This document shows positions 58,748 through 59,607 of a stretch of 59,607 nucleotides of DNA, piece after piece. Numbering within the stretch: the stretch's first letter is position 1; each line of letters starts with the position of its first letter. Position numbers and translations under genes: made by a program. A model generated the notes under the pieces. It saw nothing but the letters and a program-made list of their open reading frames with translations, was not told where the DNA came from and made no database searches. Source of the DNA: Eubacteriales bacterium (GTDB lineage: Bacteria; Bacillota; Clostridia; Christensenellales; MB2-83); NCBI GenBank assembly GCA_018385275.1, contig JAHAZM010000034.1, forward strand, positions 1 to 59,607. The letters run 5' to 3'.

Positions 58748-59607
58748 ATGAAGCAATACATCGTCACCGGCATGACCTGTGCGGCCTGTCAGGCCCGGGT
58801 GGAAAAAGCCGTAGCCAAAGTGCCGGGCGTAGAGAGCGTTTCCGTCAGTCTGCTGACCAACTCCATGGGCGTAGAGGGAAACGTTCCGGACGATTCCGTC
58901 ATCCGGGCCGTGACGGAGGCCGGTTACGGCGCCGCCGTCAAAGACGCGTCCCGGAAAACCTCGGCTTTCGCGGCGGAGGAAGATGCGCTGAAGGATCGGG
59001 AAACGCCGAAACTGCGGCGCCGGCTGATCGTCTCGGCGGTATTTCTGGCCGCGCTGATGTACCTCACGATGGGGCACAACATGGCCGGCTGGCCTCTGCC
59101 GGCGTTTTTGGCGCACAATCATCCGGCGCTGACGCTGACTCAACTGCTGCTGGCGGCGGCTGTGATGCTCGTCAACAGGCAGTTTTTCACAAGCGGATTT
59201 GCCGCTCTGCGGCACGCGAGCCCGAACATGGACACGCTCGTCGCGCTCGGGTCGACGGTCTCGTTCGCGTGGAGCGTATGGGTTTTCTACGAGATGTGCG
59301 GGCTGATCGCGGGAGGCGCGGGAAACGCCGATCTGATGACGCTGTATCACGATCAACTGTACTTTGAGTCCGCCGCCATGATCCCGGCGCTGATCACGGT
59401 GGGCAAGCTGCTCGAGGCGATCTCGAAAGGACGCACGACCGACGCGCTGAAGAGTCTGATGAAGATCGCGCCCAAAACGGCCGTACTCGTCCGGGACGGC
59501 GCGGAAACGGAGGTGCCGATCGAGGAAGTCGGCGTGGGCGACGTGTTTGCCGTGCGCCCCGGAGAGCGCATTCCGGTCGACGGGATCGTCCTGGAAGGAA
59601 TCAGCGC
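58748..59607 (+). CDS. copA: Copper-translocating P1B ATPase (5' part, runs off the window)
   Basis: GMTCAAC HMA domain, PNMDTLV, YFESAA and RPGERIPVDG; AAGGAG RBS; open frame to the window end, not in the ORF track. Confidence 0.93.
   Translation, partial: MKQYIVTGMTCAACQARVEKAVAKVPGVESVSVSLLTNSMGVEGNVPDDSVIRAVTEAGYGAAVKDASRKTSAFAAEEDALKDRETPKLRRRLIVSAVFLAALMYLTMGHNMAGWPLPAFLAHNHPALTLTQLLLAAAVMLVNRQFFTSGFAALRHASPNMDTLVALGSTVSFAWSVWVFYEMCGLIAGGAGNADLMTLYHDQLYFESAAMIPALITVGKLLEAISKGRTTDALKSLMKIAPKTAVLVRDGAETEVPIEEVGVGDVFAVRPGERIPVDGIVLEGIS

Noticed and set aside
50901-59607. Genomic island integrated at tRNA-Pro
   Set aside because: Downstream genes look accessory, but I see no integrase, no duplicated tRNA 3' end and no mobility genes within the window

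Overview
A 59.6 kb, high-GC (roughly 60-65% by eye) chromosomal window from a spore-forming Clostridia-type Firmicute. The assignment rests on the yabN-hup, ylmC-nrdR-pgeF and rbgA-rnhB-yraN synteny, a Re-citrate synthase and SigA/SigE-like promoters. It holds about 48 densely packed CDSs and one tRNA-Pro(TGG), covering housekeeping, cell-wall, carbohydrate-active and metal/ion genes. I found no integrase, transposase, phage gene, rRNA or CRISPR array. Highlights: (1) a ~2630-codon cyclic beta-1,2-glucan synthase (Cgs/NdvB) split by one in-frame TGA just before its phosphorylase module; (2) a 1302-aa CBM + double GT-C fusion (GT87/ALG-like + PMT/GT39) coupled to a GtrA flippase, with several Pro/Thr-linker exported proteins in the window as candidate substrates; (3) a GH28 beside a variant GHMP kinase, plus a eukaryote-type UDP-sugar pyrophosphorylase, suggesting a plant-like uronic-acid salvage route; (4) an AraC / Gfo-Idh-MocA / URO-D-like trio; (5) candidate cis-regulatory elements (murB leader, Re-citrate synthase palindromes, a leaderless PTP-tRNA transcript). 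All family calls come from motifs recognised by eye; no database searches were run.
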